A DNA stretch of 63,297 nucleotides, counting the filler, from Nemertoderma westbladi (taxonomy: Eukaryota > Animalia > Xenacoelomorpha): the NCBI GenBank assembly GCA_032718475.1. It is 4 parts of 4 records of this genome, joined end to end, with 100 filler letters (N's around TTAATTAATTAA, not from the genome) between each part and the next. Parts side by side here need not be neighbours in the genome. Positions count along the whole stretch, not along the records: positions 29,655 to 45,638 come from JAUCBJ010006388.1; positions 45,739 to 55,510 come from JAUCBJ010006334.1; 2 more parts are not named here. One strand, given 5' to 3'. Positions 38,873-51,959 of the stretch are shown here, piece by piece (positions within the stretch are counted from its first letter, which is position 1; every line of letters begins with the position of its first letter). The translations under genes and the position numbers were made by a program. The notes beneath the pieces were generated by a model that was not told the origin of the DNA, did not search any database, and saw nothing but the letters and a program-made list of their open reading frames with translations.

Positions 38873-41800
38873 GTGGTTCCATTGTGATGGGTTTGAGAAA
38901 TGTCTGATCTTGGAAACTCGATTTTGAACAAAAGCCACATAGTCAGTATCATTCTTTATCCAACATAAAACTGTCCGATTGTCGGACCAGAAGTAGACTT
39001 TGAAGATTTTTAATACGTTATTATATGCATTGATAATAATATTATGGATATCTATACAAAGAACTGCTGCGAGCAGCTCAAGACGTGGAGTGCAGGTGAA
39101 GTTGTTTTTTGTTTTCTGTATAGGGGCAACTTTACTTTTAGCAGCCAATAAATTGACTTCAACCTCGTTATTAGTTTCTGTTCTAATGTAAACTGCTGTT
39201 GCAAATGCTTTCGCTGAAGCATCCCCAAATATATGCAAAGTTACTTGAGATATACTGTCATTATGGTGAGGGCTTAGACAAAATCGGGGAAATAAGAATT
39301 CATCATTTAAAAATCTTAAGCCGGAGTTGAATTTCTTGTATTTATTGAAATGTTGACCTTCCAATTGAACATCCCAATCTATTTTAGAAATACATAGTTC
39401 TTGAAATAGTATTTTGATCTGAATAGTAAATGGGCTCAATATTCCCAAGGGATCATATATTTGTGCCGAAAATTTGAGTAAGTTCCTCTTGGTTGCATCT
39501 AGTTGGTGCGGTAGGTTTGAAATATGAAACATGAATTTATCTACATCATATTTCCATGTTAATCCAAGAACTTTCGTGGTGTTGTTAATTTCAGAGCTAG
39601 CAGATGGTCCCAATGTTGCTTTTGCATAACTATCATTGAAATCCTCTCGTGGTTGTGGCTCAAATTGTTCTACATTATTTATATGTGCCATAACAGCAGG
39701 GTCATTACTCTTCCATTTTCTCAGTTCAAAATTACCCTCTGACATTATTTGTTTTGATTGATTGTATAATTGAATTGCTGATTCCACTGTGTTCTCCCCT
39801 GTTGTTAAGTCATCAACATAGATGTCACGAAGCAATTTTTTAATGAAATCAGGTGCAAGGTGTTTGAATTTCTCAATGTGAATCTTAATAATGGCATTCA
39901 AACAGAATGAACTTGATCCGACTCCCATCACCAACCTCACGTAGCGAAGATGTATAATATTTCCCGAGTCATCAATCCAAAGTATACGCAAGGTGTCACA
40001 TTGTTCTTTATTCACTGCTACTTGCAAAAAGGCTTTTGCAATATCCGCTACAATTGCTATTTTGTAGGATCTTAATCTCAGAAGCATATCTATAATAAGT
40101 GGTAAGAGATTTGGCCCATTATAAATACACTTATTTAATGAAAGACCATTCTTATCATTCTGTGATGCATTCATAACAACACGGAGTTTTGTTGTTAAAC
40201 GCGTTTCGTCAAGGACTCCAAAGTGAGGTATGTAATATACGATATTTTTGGTTGAATAGATCTCATTATGTGGAATGACCTCAATCATATTTAGCCGTAT
40301 ATGTTCTTCTAATGTATCCTTATACATTTTGAATAACTTTGGATCGGTATTTAACTTTTTGAGTAATGTTATGAGTCTTTTCTTTGCTAATCCATAATTA
40401 TCTAAAAGCTTATGAATATTATCTTTCCATGGTATTGCAACAGTCCATCGTTTATTTGTCTCATCATATTTTGCTGAATTTGTTAACTCTTGAATTATAA
40501 TACTAGAATCTGATTCAGAATCTTTATTGATGATGGTCTCCCAAAATTGTTGGAACTCATCCACCATTGAATTTGATTTCTCTTCCACATTTAAGTTTGA
40601 ACCAATAATTTGCATTTGTAACTCAGTTGAATCAATGGAACACAACAAGTTGTGAGTTGAACTTGTCTCATTGAACTCATTCTCTTCTATATTTAATATT
40701 GGTTCGGTTGATTTTGGACCTGATATTAACCAACCTATTATGCTACTCATTGCTATAGGACCTCCATCTCCCTTTAAAATGTCATCCTGTACGATTTTCC
40801 AATAGTGATCGAGTCCTACTAATATATCAACATTGAACACACCTCCTTCAATAGGGTATGCAACATCTAAATCTCGTAAATGGTTATATCTGTTTATTTC
40901 AACTTCATCAGCATGGATAGAACCACATATTTTGTCATATACTAATGCACTTAAATGTAGCTTTTCACCATTTTTTTCCAAATAAATAAAGTTCAACAAT
41001 AGGACATGATATTTCAACTATTTTATCTCCAAATGAATTAACTTCAATATTTTCTTTACCAATTACAGTACAGGATAAATTATTGGCCATTTTCGTTGAT
41101 ATAAAACTTCGTTGGCTGCCTTTGTCAAAAAATAAATTTACTTTTTGAACATTAGAGATATCATCGTCATTCGATATATTACCTTGAGCTAATTGTAGAA
41201 TAATTGACATCGCATTTGAGTTTGAGTTGCTTGCATTAGGAATTAGCAGCTGTGACGTTGTATTTCCTGAATTTATTTTATTCTCAGCTTTCTTACCTGC
41301 TTCCAATTTGGGTTTTTGAATTTGATCTCTATTACACATGCTACTCTCAGCTGGTTTTTGTGTTCTAAAATGTTTATAGCACAATGACGAATGGTGATGT
41401 TTCTTGCAAAAGTAACAGCACTTTTTAGAAATACAATTTGTAGCATCGTGGTCCTTTCTTAAACAATTAAAGCACCGACCTTCTTTACGTAGATGTACTG
41501 TACGCGATTCTACATTTGTAAATACATCACATAAATCAGCATAATGACTCCCTTGACAATATACACAACACAAATTTGATTTGGAATACTTGGAACTCGG
41601 ATAAACACTTTGATGCTGGGGGGGTCTCATTGTTGCTGCTATTGTTGAAATTTGATTAATTGACTCATTGTGGTAAGTGCCAGCAGTGTTATTTGTGTGG
41701 ATTGAAGGTTTACTCGTTTCCTTGTCTTTTGTAGTTGATCCAGTTCTCGACATTTCTGCATATGCACTCAATCTCTCTCTTAATATTACCTGTTTTATAT

Positions 41801-42270
41801 TACCACTAATATTACCATGTTTTAAAAGTAATTTGATATCTGTCTTTGATTCTAAATCTCGACCCATTTTTAATTTAATGTCGTCTGGTAATTTTGTCAT
41901 GATCTTTGGAAAAATTACCAATTCATAGTTTTGGCACGAAATTCCTAATGATTCAAGTTGTAAAACATGCATATTTAAAAAATCATAAAACGCACGAAAT
42001 TTCTTTGCGTCATCACAATTGAAAAATCTTGGGTAATTAACAATTAATTCCAAATGTGCATTCACTATTACTTCTGTTTGACCATAGCGATTTCTAAGAG
42101 TGGTTAGTGCAACGTGATAATTATCTTCTGATAAAGATAATCCTTGGATTGCCGATAAAGCTGGGCCTTCTAAAAGAGTTTTTAAATAATTGAATTTATC
42201 CACTCCATTTAAAGAATTATTTGTACCAATTGCAGAATCAAAACTCTCTATAAAGCCTTGCCATTCGGCC
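38873..42270 (-). mobile_element. BEL/Pao LTR-retrotransposon internal fragment (gag-protease-RT-RNase H); no LTRs, no integrase
   Basis: DUF1759-like gag (DKFNYL...L.NRYG), three Cys/His knuckles, protease FDKGSQRSFIS, RT DIAKAFLQ/YVDD, RNase H FGDAS/PRLEL/WSDN; one frameshift near 40980. Confidence 0.93.
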
Positions 42271-42271
42271 A

Positions 42272-44471
42272 ACGCGTATTGCAACCATCTTGAATAAGCA
42301 CTTTTCTTCTATTGGTCCTACGCTGGCCAATGAAATCCCGCGCTCTATATGCTCACCTCTTAGGCACATTAAAAATAGCAGATCTAATTCATTTTCCCTC
42401 TCCGAAACTTCCCCGGTGAAGTCCAGTATTACCTGTTACACTTAAACCCTAACTCTGCTTCTAATGACAACTTTCCGACTAAACTTTTACGGCTAGCGGC
42501 TGAACCTCTATCTACTCATCTAAGTTATTTAATAAACCTATCAATCTCCCATGGCTTCTATCCAACAACTCTCAAGTCCGCTAAAGTTATTGCTTCCTTC
42601 AAAGGGGGCGATCCTACCGACCCCAATAACTTTAGGCCAATATCAATACTACCTGTATTAACTAAGATATACGAACAAATAATTGCCTCTCAACTCCAGT
42701 CTTATATTACTAAATTTTCTATCCTTACTACATGTCAATATGGTTTTAGACCTAAAACTTCAACTTCCCACGCTTTACTTTCTGTGCTAGAACACATCCG
42801 CAAAGCACTAGATGATAAACATTCTACATGTGCAATATTTATAGACCTTAGGAAGGTCTTTGATACTCTCAACCACAAAATCCTATTAGACAAACTCGAT
42901 GCATACGGTATCAGAGGCCTTCCTAATCAACTAATATAATGTTTTTTGTCTAACCGAACACACTCAGTTGTTATTGACGACTGCTCATCCCCCCTAGAAC
43001 CTATAACTTGTGGTGATCCTCTAGGATCTACCCTGTCACCACTTCTATTCCTACTCTACATTAATGACCTTCCTAACGCCACTAACCTAATATCTACTCT
43101 ATTTGCGGATGACACTACTCTATATAAATCCAGTAAGGACTTACACCATCTCATCTCAAGCACTAACTCTGAACTAGACAAAATATCTGATTGGCTAATC
43201 GACAACCGACTATCTCTCAACTTGAAAAAGACTGAATACACCTTTTTTTCTAACACAATCGATAAAGCTTCTACACAGTTACCTATACTGCATATAAAAT
43301 CTAGCACCATTACATATACAAATTTTACAAAATTTCTGGGTATCTGGGTGGACAAAAACTTATCTTGGAAAGCTCATGTCAATTACGTAACTAAAAAGAT
43401 ATCAAGGAATTGCGGTATCTTCTACAAACTACGACATATATTTCCCCTACATATACTACGTCAACTCTATTTTAGCTTAATACACCCCTACCTAAACTAT
43501 GGACTTCTACTCTGGGGAAGCGCCCATGCTTCCACTCTAAAACCCTTGAGAATAAAAATAAACAAACTACTCAGATGCATAACATTTAGTCACTGGCAAG
43601 AATCTTCAGGACCTTTATACAAATCATTAAATATTCTTCCTTTACATCTTCTTTTCAAACATCAGGTTGCCGTTTTCATGTATGATATCCACAATCACAA
43701 TATTAGCCCGGCATCTGATCTCGGTCAATTGTTTAAGAAAACCGCAACCATTCACTCTCATAATACCCGGTCAGTTACACAAAATAAATTTTATCTGCCT
43801 CTATGTAGACTCATAGTAGCACAACGATCCATGAGTTTTCTAGGCCCCACAATCTGGAACGATATCCCCTACCATATACGACAATATCTAACAAAGCAAT
43901 GCTTCTCGAAGCATTACAAAATATTTTTAATAGCCAACATGATTTGATAAATTAATCACGACAGAGTAGACATTGACTAGACTACAAATATTAATAAATA
44001 AATTAATACTTTCATCTCCCCATATAGGATTGCGCCACAGATTAGAGCAACTCGAGTCAAACGTAAACTAAAATTCGTAAGTTGGAACTTACGAACATTT
44101 AAACATGTGCAAGTACCACGCCCACGACACCCCCCCCCCCCCCCCCACCCCTCCCATCCCCTTTCCACCGCCCAAGCCCCCGCCCCCCCCCCCCCCCCCT
44201 CCGAAATCTTGTATCTAAGAAATACAATAGCATACCATACCTACATCATTCATATTTCACTGGTTGGCGGCGTTCACTAGCAACATGCTATTTGCATCCA
44301 ACCAGGCTATCATCTTTATCATACTATACATTAACCCAATTCATCACCATCAAAACTTTGTTAGATTTATGCAAAATAGTGCGGTGATGGGGTCTATATA
44401 ATAAACAGATATGTTGTATTTTTTACGATGATAGTGAAATAAATTGAAATTGAAAATTGAAATTGAAATTG
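42272..44471 (+). mobile_element. LINE B, 5'-truncated CR1/L2-group element related to 11168..13625
   Basis: LNKHFSSIG, NFRPISIL, DLRKVFD, FADD, FLGIW; 3' AATAAA plus (GAAATT)n tail at 44438..44471. Confidence 0.88.
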
Positions 44472-44476
44472 CAATT

Positions 44477-45280
44477 GTGGTCACACTAAAATTTATTTTC
44501 TTTGCGGACGACCTGGCATTTCATTCTGCAAACAAAAAGGACATCCAGAAAGGTCTTGATGAATTGCATAAATGGTCTATAAAAAACTCAATGGAAGTCA
44601 ATATGAAGAAAACAAAAGTTCTCAAATTCAGGAATGGGGGGAGATTTGCGCACGATGATGTTTTCTACTACGATGGGACAGATATTGAATTATGTAACCA
44701 GTATGAGTATCTAGAAGTTATCCTACAGCCTTCATTAAGTTTTACAAAACACATTGATAGTAAATAGCGCAAAGCCTTTGCAGCCATTGGCTGCCTCAGT
44801 AACATCCATCGCTGCTCCATAGAAACTGGAATACTAATATTTAACATGCAAATTGATCCAATGGTATCCTATGCTTTCCATGAAATTGCGCTTTATTTCA
44901 CCGCTAACAACCTCAAAGAAATTGATAAAATTAAAGGCAGATATGTAAAGCGGCTCCTAAATATTCACAAAAATTCATCCACAACATTAGCTTTTAAACT
45001 GATTGAATGTCAGTCATATGTAGAAAAACTAGCAACCAAGTACCCCTTTAATACGGAAGCGCTAAATGAATATCGTTCATACAGAATGGGAAGGGAACTA
45101 AACTTTGTACAGCAAAATTTCCTACAAGGACCGGCCTTCAAGTCGACAACATGGAAAAACTCAAACCAAAGATACCACCATTTGATTACAAGGGCTACAT
45201 TGCACGGCTTCCATCATAAACTGTGCACTGACTTGACACCATTCCACGATATCAATAACACGACCTGTGCCGACTCTGTA
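44477..45280 (+). mobile_element. LINE A, 3' portion
   Basis: Resumes the RT in frame (VVTLKFIFFADDL, KTKVLKFRNGGR, YEYL) and ends with an HGFHHKLC motif. Confidence 0.85.
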
Positions 45281-45545
45281 CATCTCCAGAACAGTGTGAC
45301 CTGCTATTATCAAAACCGAATCATGAGCGCTTCATCTCATTCTCCCCCTATCTCAGTGGTCACACTTTTACTAAAGAAGTAGCAGTACTCAATCAAGCTG
45401 TATTTATTGGGGCAACCATCTTAGATCTTTCAAAGCTAGAGATGTATGATTACTATTACTGTAAACTGAAACCTCTTGAAGAAAAGCTGAGATGTGAAAT
45501 TCGAGCCTTAGCCGGGGACACCGACAGTTTCTTTCTTTCGGTTAC
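45280..45545 (+). pseudogene. Family-B (protein-primed type, Polinton/adintovirus-like) DNA polymerase fragment
   Basis: In-frame LLLSKPNH...VLNQAVFIGATILDLSKLEMYDYYY...LAGDTDSFF matches the pPolB region III and YGDTDS motifs. Confidence 0.75.
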
Positions 45546-45638
45546 CGGTTACTTCAAATTACGATCCCTCACACCCCCTCTTTACAAATCAAAACAAGGC
45601 TTCCTTAGGTTTTTTGAAAGATGAAAGTAGAGGTCTAT

Positions 45639-45738
45639 NNNNNNNNNNNNNNNNNNNNNNNNNNNNNNNNNNNNNNNNNNNNTTAATTAATTAANNNNNN
45701 NNNNNNNNNNNNNNNNNNNNNNNNNNNNNNNNNNNNNN
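45639..45738. other. Artificial contig linker
   Basis: N44-TTAATTAATTAA-N44. Confidence 0.97.
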
Positions 45739-48510
45739 ACCTACTCGTAGCACTTTATGTATACATTTATGTATGGAAGTACCTACTCGTAGCACTTTAT
45801 GTATACATTTATGTATGGAAGTACCTACTCGTAGCACTTTATGTATACATTTATGTATGGAAGTACCTACTCGTAGCACTTTATGTATACATTTATGTAT
45901 GGAAGTACCTACTCGTAGCACTTTATGTATACATTTATGTATGGAAGTACCTACTCGTAGCACTTTATGTATACATTTATGTATGGAAGTACCTACTCGT
46001 AGCACTTTATGTATACATTTATGTATGGAAGTACCTACTCGTAGCACTTTATGTATACATTTATGTATGGAAGTACCTACTCGTAGCACTTTATGTATAC
46101 ATTTATGTATGGAAGTACCTACTCGTAGCACTTTATGTATACATTTATGTATGGAAGTACCTACTCGTAGCACTTTATGTATACATTTATGTATGGAAGT
46201 ACCTACTCGTAGCACTTTATGTATACATTTATGTATGGAAGTACCTACTCGTAGCACTTTATGTATACATTTATGTATGGAAGTACCTACTCGTAGCACT
46301 TTATGTATACATTTATGTATGGAAGTACCTACTCGTAGCACTTTATGTATACATTTATGTATGGAAGTACCTACTCGTAGCACTTTATGTATACATTTAT
46401 GTATGGAAGTACCTACTCGTAGCACTTTATGTATACATTTATGTATGGAAGTACCTACTCGTAGCACTTTATGTATACATTTATGTATGGAAGTACCTAC
46501 TCGTAGCACTTTATGTATACATTTATGTATGGAAGTACCTACTCGTAGCACTTTATGTATACATTTATGTATGGAAGTACCTACTCGTAGCACTTTATGT
46601 ATACATTTATGTATGGAAGTACCTACTCGTAGCACTTTATGTATACATTTATGTATGGAAGTACCTACTCGTAGCACTTTATGTATACATTTATGTATGG
46701 AAGTACCTACTCGTAGCACTTTATGTATACATTTATGTATGGAAGTACCTACTCGTAGCACTTTATGTATACATTTATGTATGGAAGTACCTACTCGTAG
46801 CACTTTATGTATACATTTATGTATGGAAGTACCTACTCGTAGCACTTTATGTATACATTTATGTATGGAAGTACCTACTCGTAGCACTTTATGTATACAT
46901 TTATGTATGGAAGTACCTACTCGTAGCACTTTATGTATACATTTATGTATGGAAGTACCTACTCGTAGCACTTTATGTATACATTTATGTATGGAAGTAC
47001 CTACTCGTAGCACTTTATGTATACATTTATGTATGGAAGTACCTACTCGTAGCACTTTATGTATACATTTATGTATGGAAGTACCTACTCGTAGCACTTT
47101 ATGTATACATTTATGTATGGAAGTACCTACTCGTAGCACTTTATGTATACATTTATGTATGGAAGTACCTACTCGTAGCACTTTATGTATACATTTATGT
47201 ATGGAAGTACCTACTCGTAGCACTTTATGTATACATTTATGTATGGAAGTACCTACTCGTAGCACTTTATGTATACATTTATGTATGGAAGTACCTACTC
47301 GTAGCACTTTATGTATACATTTATGTATGGAAGTACCTACTCGTAGCACTTTATGTATACATTTATGTATGGAAGTACCTACTCGTAGCACTTTATGTAT
47401 ACATTTATGTATGGAAGTACCTACTCGTAGCACTTTATGTATACATTTATGTATGGAAGTACCTACTCGTAGCACTTTATGTATACATTTATGTATGGAA
47501 GTACCTACTCGTAGCACTTTATGTATACATTTATGTATGGAAGTACCTACTCGTAGCACTTTATGTATACATTTATGTATGGAAGTACCTACTCGTAGCA
47601 CTTTATGTATACATTTATGTATGGAAGTACCTACTCGTAGCACTTTATGTATACATTTATGTATGGAAGTACCTACTCGTAGCACTTTATGTATACATTT
47701 ATGTATGGAAGTACCTACTCGTAGCACTTTATGTATACATTTATGTATGGAAGTACCTACTCGTAGCACTTTATGTATACATTTATGTATGGAAGTACCT
47801 ACTCGTAGCACTTTATGTATACATTTATGTATGGAAGTACCTACTCGTAGCACTTTATGTATACATTTATGTATGGAAGTACCTACTCGTAGCACTTTAT
47901 GTATACATTTATGTATGGAAGTACCTACTCGTAGCACTTTATGTATACATTTATGTATGGAAGTACCTACTCGTAGCACTTTATGTATACATTTATGTAT
48001 GGAAGTACCTACTCGTAGCACTTTATGTATACATTTATGTATGGAAGTACCTACTCGTAGCACTTTATGTATACATTTATGTATGGAAGTACCTACTCGT
48101 AGCACTTTATGTATACATTTATGTATGGAAGTACCTACTCGTAGCACTTTATGTATACATTTATGTATGGAAGTACCTACTCGTAGCACTTTATGTATAC
48201 ATTTATGTATGGAAGTACCTACTCGTAGCACTTTATGTATACATTTATGTATGGAAGTACCTACTCGTAGCACTTTATGTATACATTTATGTATGGAAGT
48301 ACCTACTCGTAGCACTTTATGTATACATTTATGTATGGAAGTACCTACTCGTAGCACTTTATGTATACATTTATGTATGGAAGTACCTACTCGTAGCACT
48401 TTATGTATACATTTATGTATGGAAGTACCTACTCGTAGCACTTTATGTATACATTTATGTATGGAAGTACCTACTCGTAGCACTTTATGTATACATTTAT
48501 GTATGGAAGT
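45739..48510 (-). repeat. 42-bp tandem array, 66 apparently identical copies, in frame with a LINE RT (TSIHKCIHKVLRVG)n
   Basis: 2772 bp = 66 x ACCTACTCGTAGCACTTTATGTATACATTTATGTATGGAAGT; the array runs into the gap. Confidence 0.97.
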
Positions 48511-50200
48511 AACAATGTCTTTCATTTTGTTCTCGGTAATAATTCCGGATCCATATAATACTGAGGGCAGCACAATGGTTGACCATATCTTAGATACCAC
48601 ACATAATGGGACACTGTCAATACAGAGTCCCCTTAATTCCATTCGGTTCGCATGCGCCCATATCCTCGATTTGAAAAATCCTAGTACATTGTTATTTGTC
48701 CAGGGGACCGGTAGACCTAGAAAGGTGAAGTGATCTGTTGATGCTATCATTTTCCCCGCTAATTTAACTTTATAATCCAATTTAGAATTTCCATTTTCTT
48801 GCATAACTATATAATGTGACTTTCTGTTGCTGATGGTGATATTATGAGTGGTAAAATATCTCTCACAGATTGTAATTATCCCCTCTAAGTCACCTCTCAA
48901 GTTTGCGAGAATAATAATGTCATCCGCGTAGCTTATGATTCCACAGGACATCCAGTTGATGTGTGCGCCTAAGCCACTTTCATTAACTTCTCTGAACAAT
49001 TCAGATAGATATAGATTGAATAAAAGGGGTGACAGCACCCCCCCTTGTCTCACTCCCTGGCGCAGTTCTATTATCTCGTTATATAAATATCCATTTGCTC
49101 GCATTTGCGCCTTGGATACATCATAATATGATTCTATGACAGCTAATAAATTGGTGTCCAGCCCGGTGTTTTGTAGTTTCTCAAAGAGCTTTATGTGGTC
49201 TACCTTATCAAATGCGGCAGACAAGTCAATTGATAATGCATGGATAGTTGATCCCTTGTTTGTGAAGAACTTCATGGTAGCATTTACTAAGTGATTCGCT
49301 ATTTCTGTGCTCATTTTTGGCCTATAACCCATCTGAAGATCTTTGATTTTACAATCTATATGTTTGTGAAGTTCTTCAGCAACCATCAACTCCCACAATT
49401 TTGCTATGGTTGAGATGATCGATACTGGTCGGTAATTGTTTGAATCCAATCTGCTTTTTTTTTCGCTCTTCAGCAATGGTGTTATATTTGAAAGACCAAG
49501 TTCACTTGGACATCTCCCTGTAGACCTCATTGTATTAAAAACAAAGGCCAGTTGCCTACATAAAGGATCTGATACTCCATGAATGAGGTGTTCGGCCTTT
49601 AAGTGTGTCATTAGTCTTGTGTTTGTTCATTCCCCCTATTTTGTGTTTCACCTCCTGTGGTGTGATAAGCGAAAAGTTTTCTTCAATATTTGGTACTTTA
49701 ATATCATTTGCTGCAGTGCTTGAGTCAGTAGAGGCAAAGTGTTCCTCATAATGCTTGACAAGATTACCGGCTATAGTGTCTGACAGTGTTGCTTGACGCC
49801 CTGATTTTTAACTCTCTTCCAGAACTCTGGTCTGTTGTTTTTGCACAAATCTACCAAATTAGATATGTGTGCTGTGTATTCTCGATGTTCTATCTTTGCG
49901 CATTCCCTGTTGTAGGCGATATGTCGTTCGGGTTGACTGTTTCTCCACTGATGATCCAAAGATATTTCGCCTTCAGTACCTCTTTATTTACGTATCCCAG
50001 GTACATGTGTTTACCTCTGTGTTTCCAGACCGACTTCATGTGCTTCCCTTTTCGCGATATCTTCGGGATGTGTAAATTGGCTGCAGCATTGATTGTTGTG
50101 ATGACGCGATTTAGAACCGCTTGAGCTTCCCCGATATCCCTGGAATAGTTTTCTACTTCACCCCGAGTTTCCAGAGTTTCTTGTATTGCATCATGGTAAC
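48511..50200 (-). mobile_element. LINE ORF2 (linker + RT), frameshifted; endonuclease domain missing
   Basis: NNYRPVSII, QMGYR, IDLSAAFDKV, GVRQGGVLSPLLF, YADD, FTFLG, LPSVLYG; upstream fragments resemble the EN-RT linker (PEFWKRVK). Confidence 0.88.
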
Positions 50201-50619
50201 CTGCTAGTTAGAATTAAAAAGCTTGAGTTAATGCAATATAGTGGTACTTTTATTTAATTGTCAAGCAGTGAAGTAAAAACCTTACCGGTAGGTATGCAGT
50301 ACAAATGAAACAGTAAAAAAGCAACTGACCTGTAGGCTGTAGACGTTGCATGCAATCAGTGATCAGCTGACAACTGTCAGCTGATCAGTAGGTTTCGCCC
50401 CAATGGGGACTTTCTCAAGTAGCTAGTGCTAGAAAGGAGACAATAGTAGAAGTTTCCAAGGGAGAAATAAAGGTAAAGTGAAAGAAGGTAGAAGTGTATC
50501 TGTCTAACCACTGGGAAGCAGCACCTCAAACTTGCGCCAATCACGTTTCTGTTTGTTAATGGTGGGCTGACGCGTACGTTGGTGTCTGCTGCCGATCTCT
50601 GGGTGTGTGTTTCTTCATG

Positions 50620-51440
50620 CGTTCTTGGATGTTTACCTGGCCACATTTCCGGGATAAGGAATGTGTTGCTGTCTTTAGCTTCTATTGTGACGAGAGCCTC
50701 TTCGTTTTCATATCTCTGTCCATTCACTCGTAGATGCACTGGGTATATTCCTGTTTGCTTATGACAGAAATGTGATAGGTCTGATGAGTTGCTATTTGAC
50801 AGTAATCCCGTAACTCTTATTGTTCTGAGTTGCTCGTTTTTACGAGTAATATTACTTTCCTTATTCCGGATGTCTTTATCTTTCACTTTGTCCGTTTTAT
50901 CATTATTTCGAGTTGCTTTGTATGTTGTAATACCATATATGTTCTCTTTCTCTTTATCTGTTCCATCCTTTCTGTTACTATCCTTCACTGATTCCGTTTT
51001 TATCATGCTGAGTATTTCCTTCTGGTTTTCCAATAGTGCAGCGAGCTTCGAGTCGTACTCGAGTTCTTCGAAGTAATTATTTGTCTTTATTTTATTTGTG
51101 GTTTCTAGTTCGATGTCAACCGTTCTCTTTTGGGGAGTAATGACTTTGTGCCATGTGGAATTCTTATTGCATAGTACTTCGTCTATTGTGAGTGGTCGTT
51201 TGACGCTTGGTTGTACCATACTATAGCTGGAGGCTGATTTGAGGAATATCTGATGTCCTTGGTTGATCATCATTCTGTGATTGGTGATTTATATTTGAAT
51301 CAGATATACTTGATGATTTAGCTTTAGAATTATCTATGACTTGAGGGTTCTCTTTCAAGGACATATTTGTTGAGGAGGATTGTGACCGAGTATCTGTTTT
51401 TGAGTTATTCTTCCACTCATCAAGAATCTCATACTACGTT
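50620..51440 (-). pseudogene. LINE ORF1 C-terminal part (coiled coil + RRM-like)
   Basis: KTNNYFEEL, LLENQKEILSMI and RTIRVTGL...FLIPEMWPG are similar in layout to the ORF1 end at 30013..30711. Confidence 0.6.
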
Positions 51441-51446
51441 GCAGTA

Positions 51447-51956
51447 TGTGTATGGCTGGATTCACTGCACTCACTATACATGTGTATGGCTGGATTCACT
51501 GCACTCACTATACATGTGTATGGCTGGATTCACTGCACTCACTATACATGTGTATGGCTGGATTCACTGCACTCACTATACATGTGTATGGCTGGATTCA
51601 CTGCACTCACTATACATGTGTATGGCTGGATTCACTGCACTCACTATACATGTGTATGGCTGGATTCACTGCACTCACTATACATGTGTATGGCTGGATT
51701 CACTGCACTCACTATACATGTGTATGGCTGGATTCACTGCACTCACTATACATGTGTATGGCTGGATTCACTGCACTCACTATACATGTGTATGGCTGGA
51801 TTCACTGCACTCACTATACATGTGTATGGCTGGATTCACTGCACTCACTATACATGTGTATGGCTGGATTCACTGCACTCACTATACATGTGTATGGCTG
51901 GATTCACTGCACTCACTATACATGTGTATGGCTGGATTCACTGCACTCACTATACA
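51447..51956. repeat. 34-bp tandem array, 15 identical copies
   Basis: 510 bp = 15 x TGTGTATGGCTGGATTCACTGCACTCACTATACA. Confidence 0.97.
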
Positions 51957-51959
51957 CAA

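Noticed and set aside
45773-48733. 986-aa plus-strand ORF (MEVPTRSTLCIHLC)n
   Set aside because: Antisense by-product of a stop-free 42-bp repeat.
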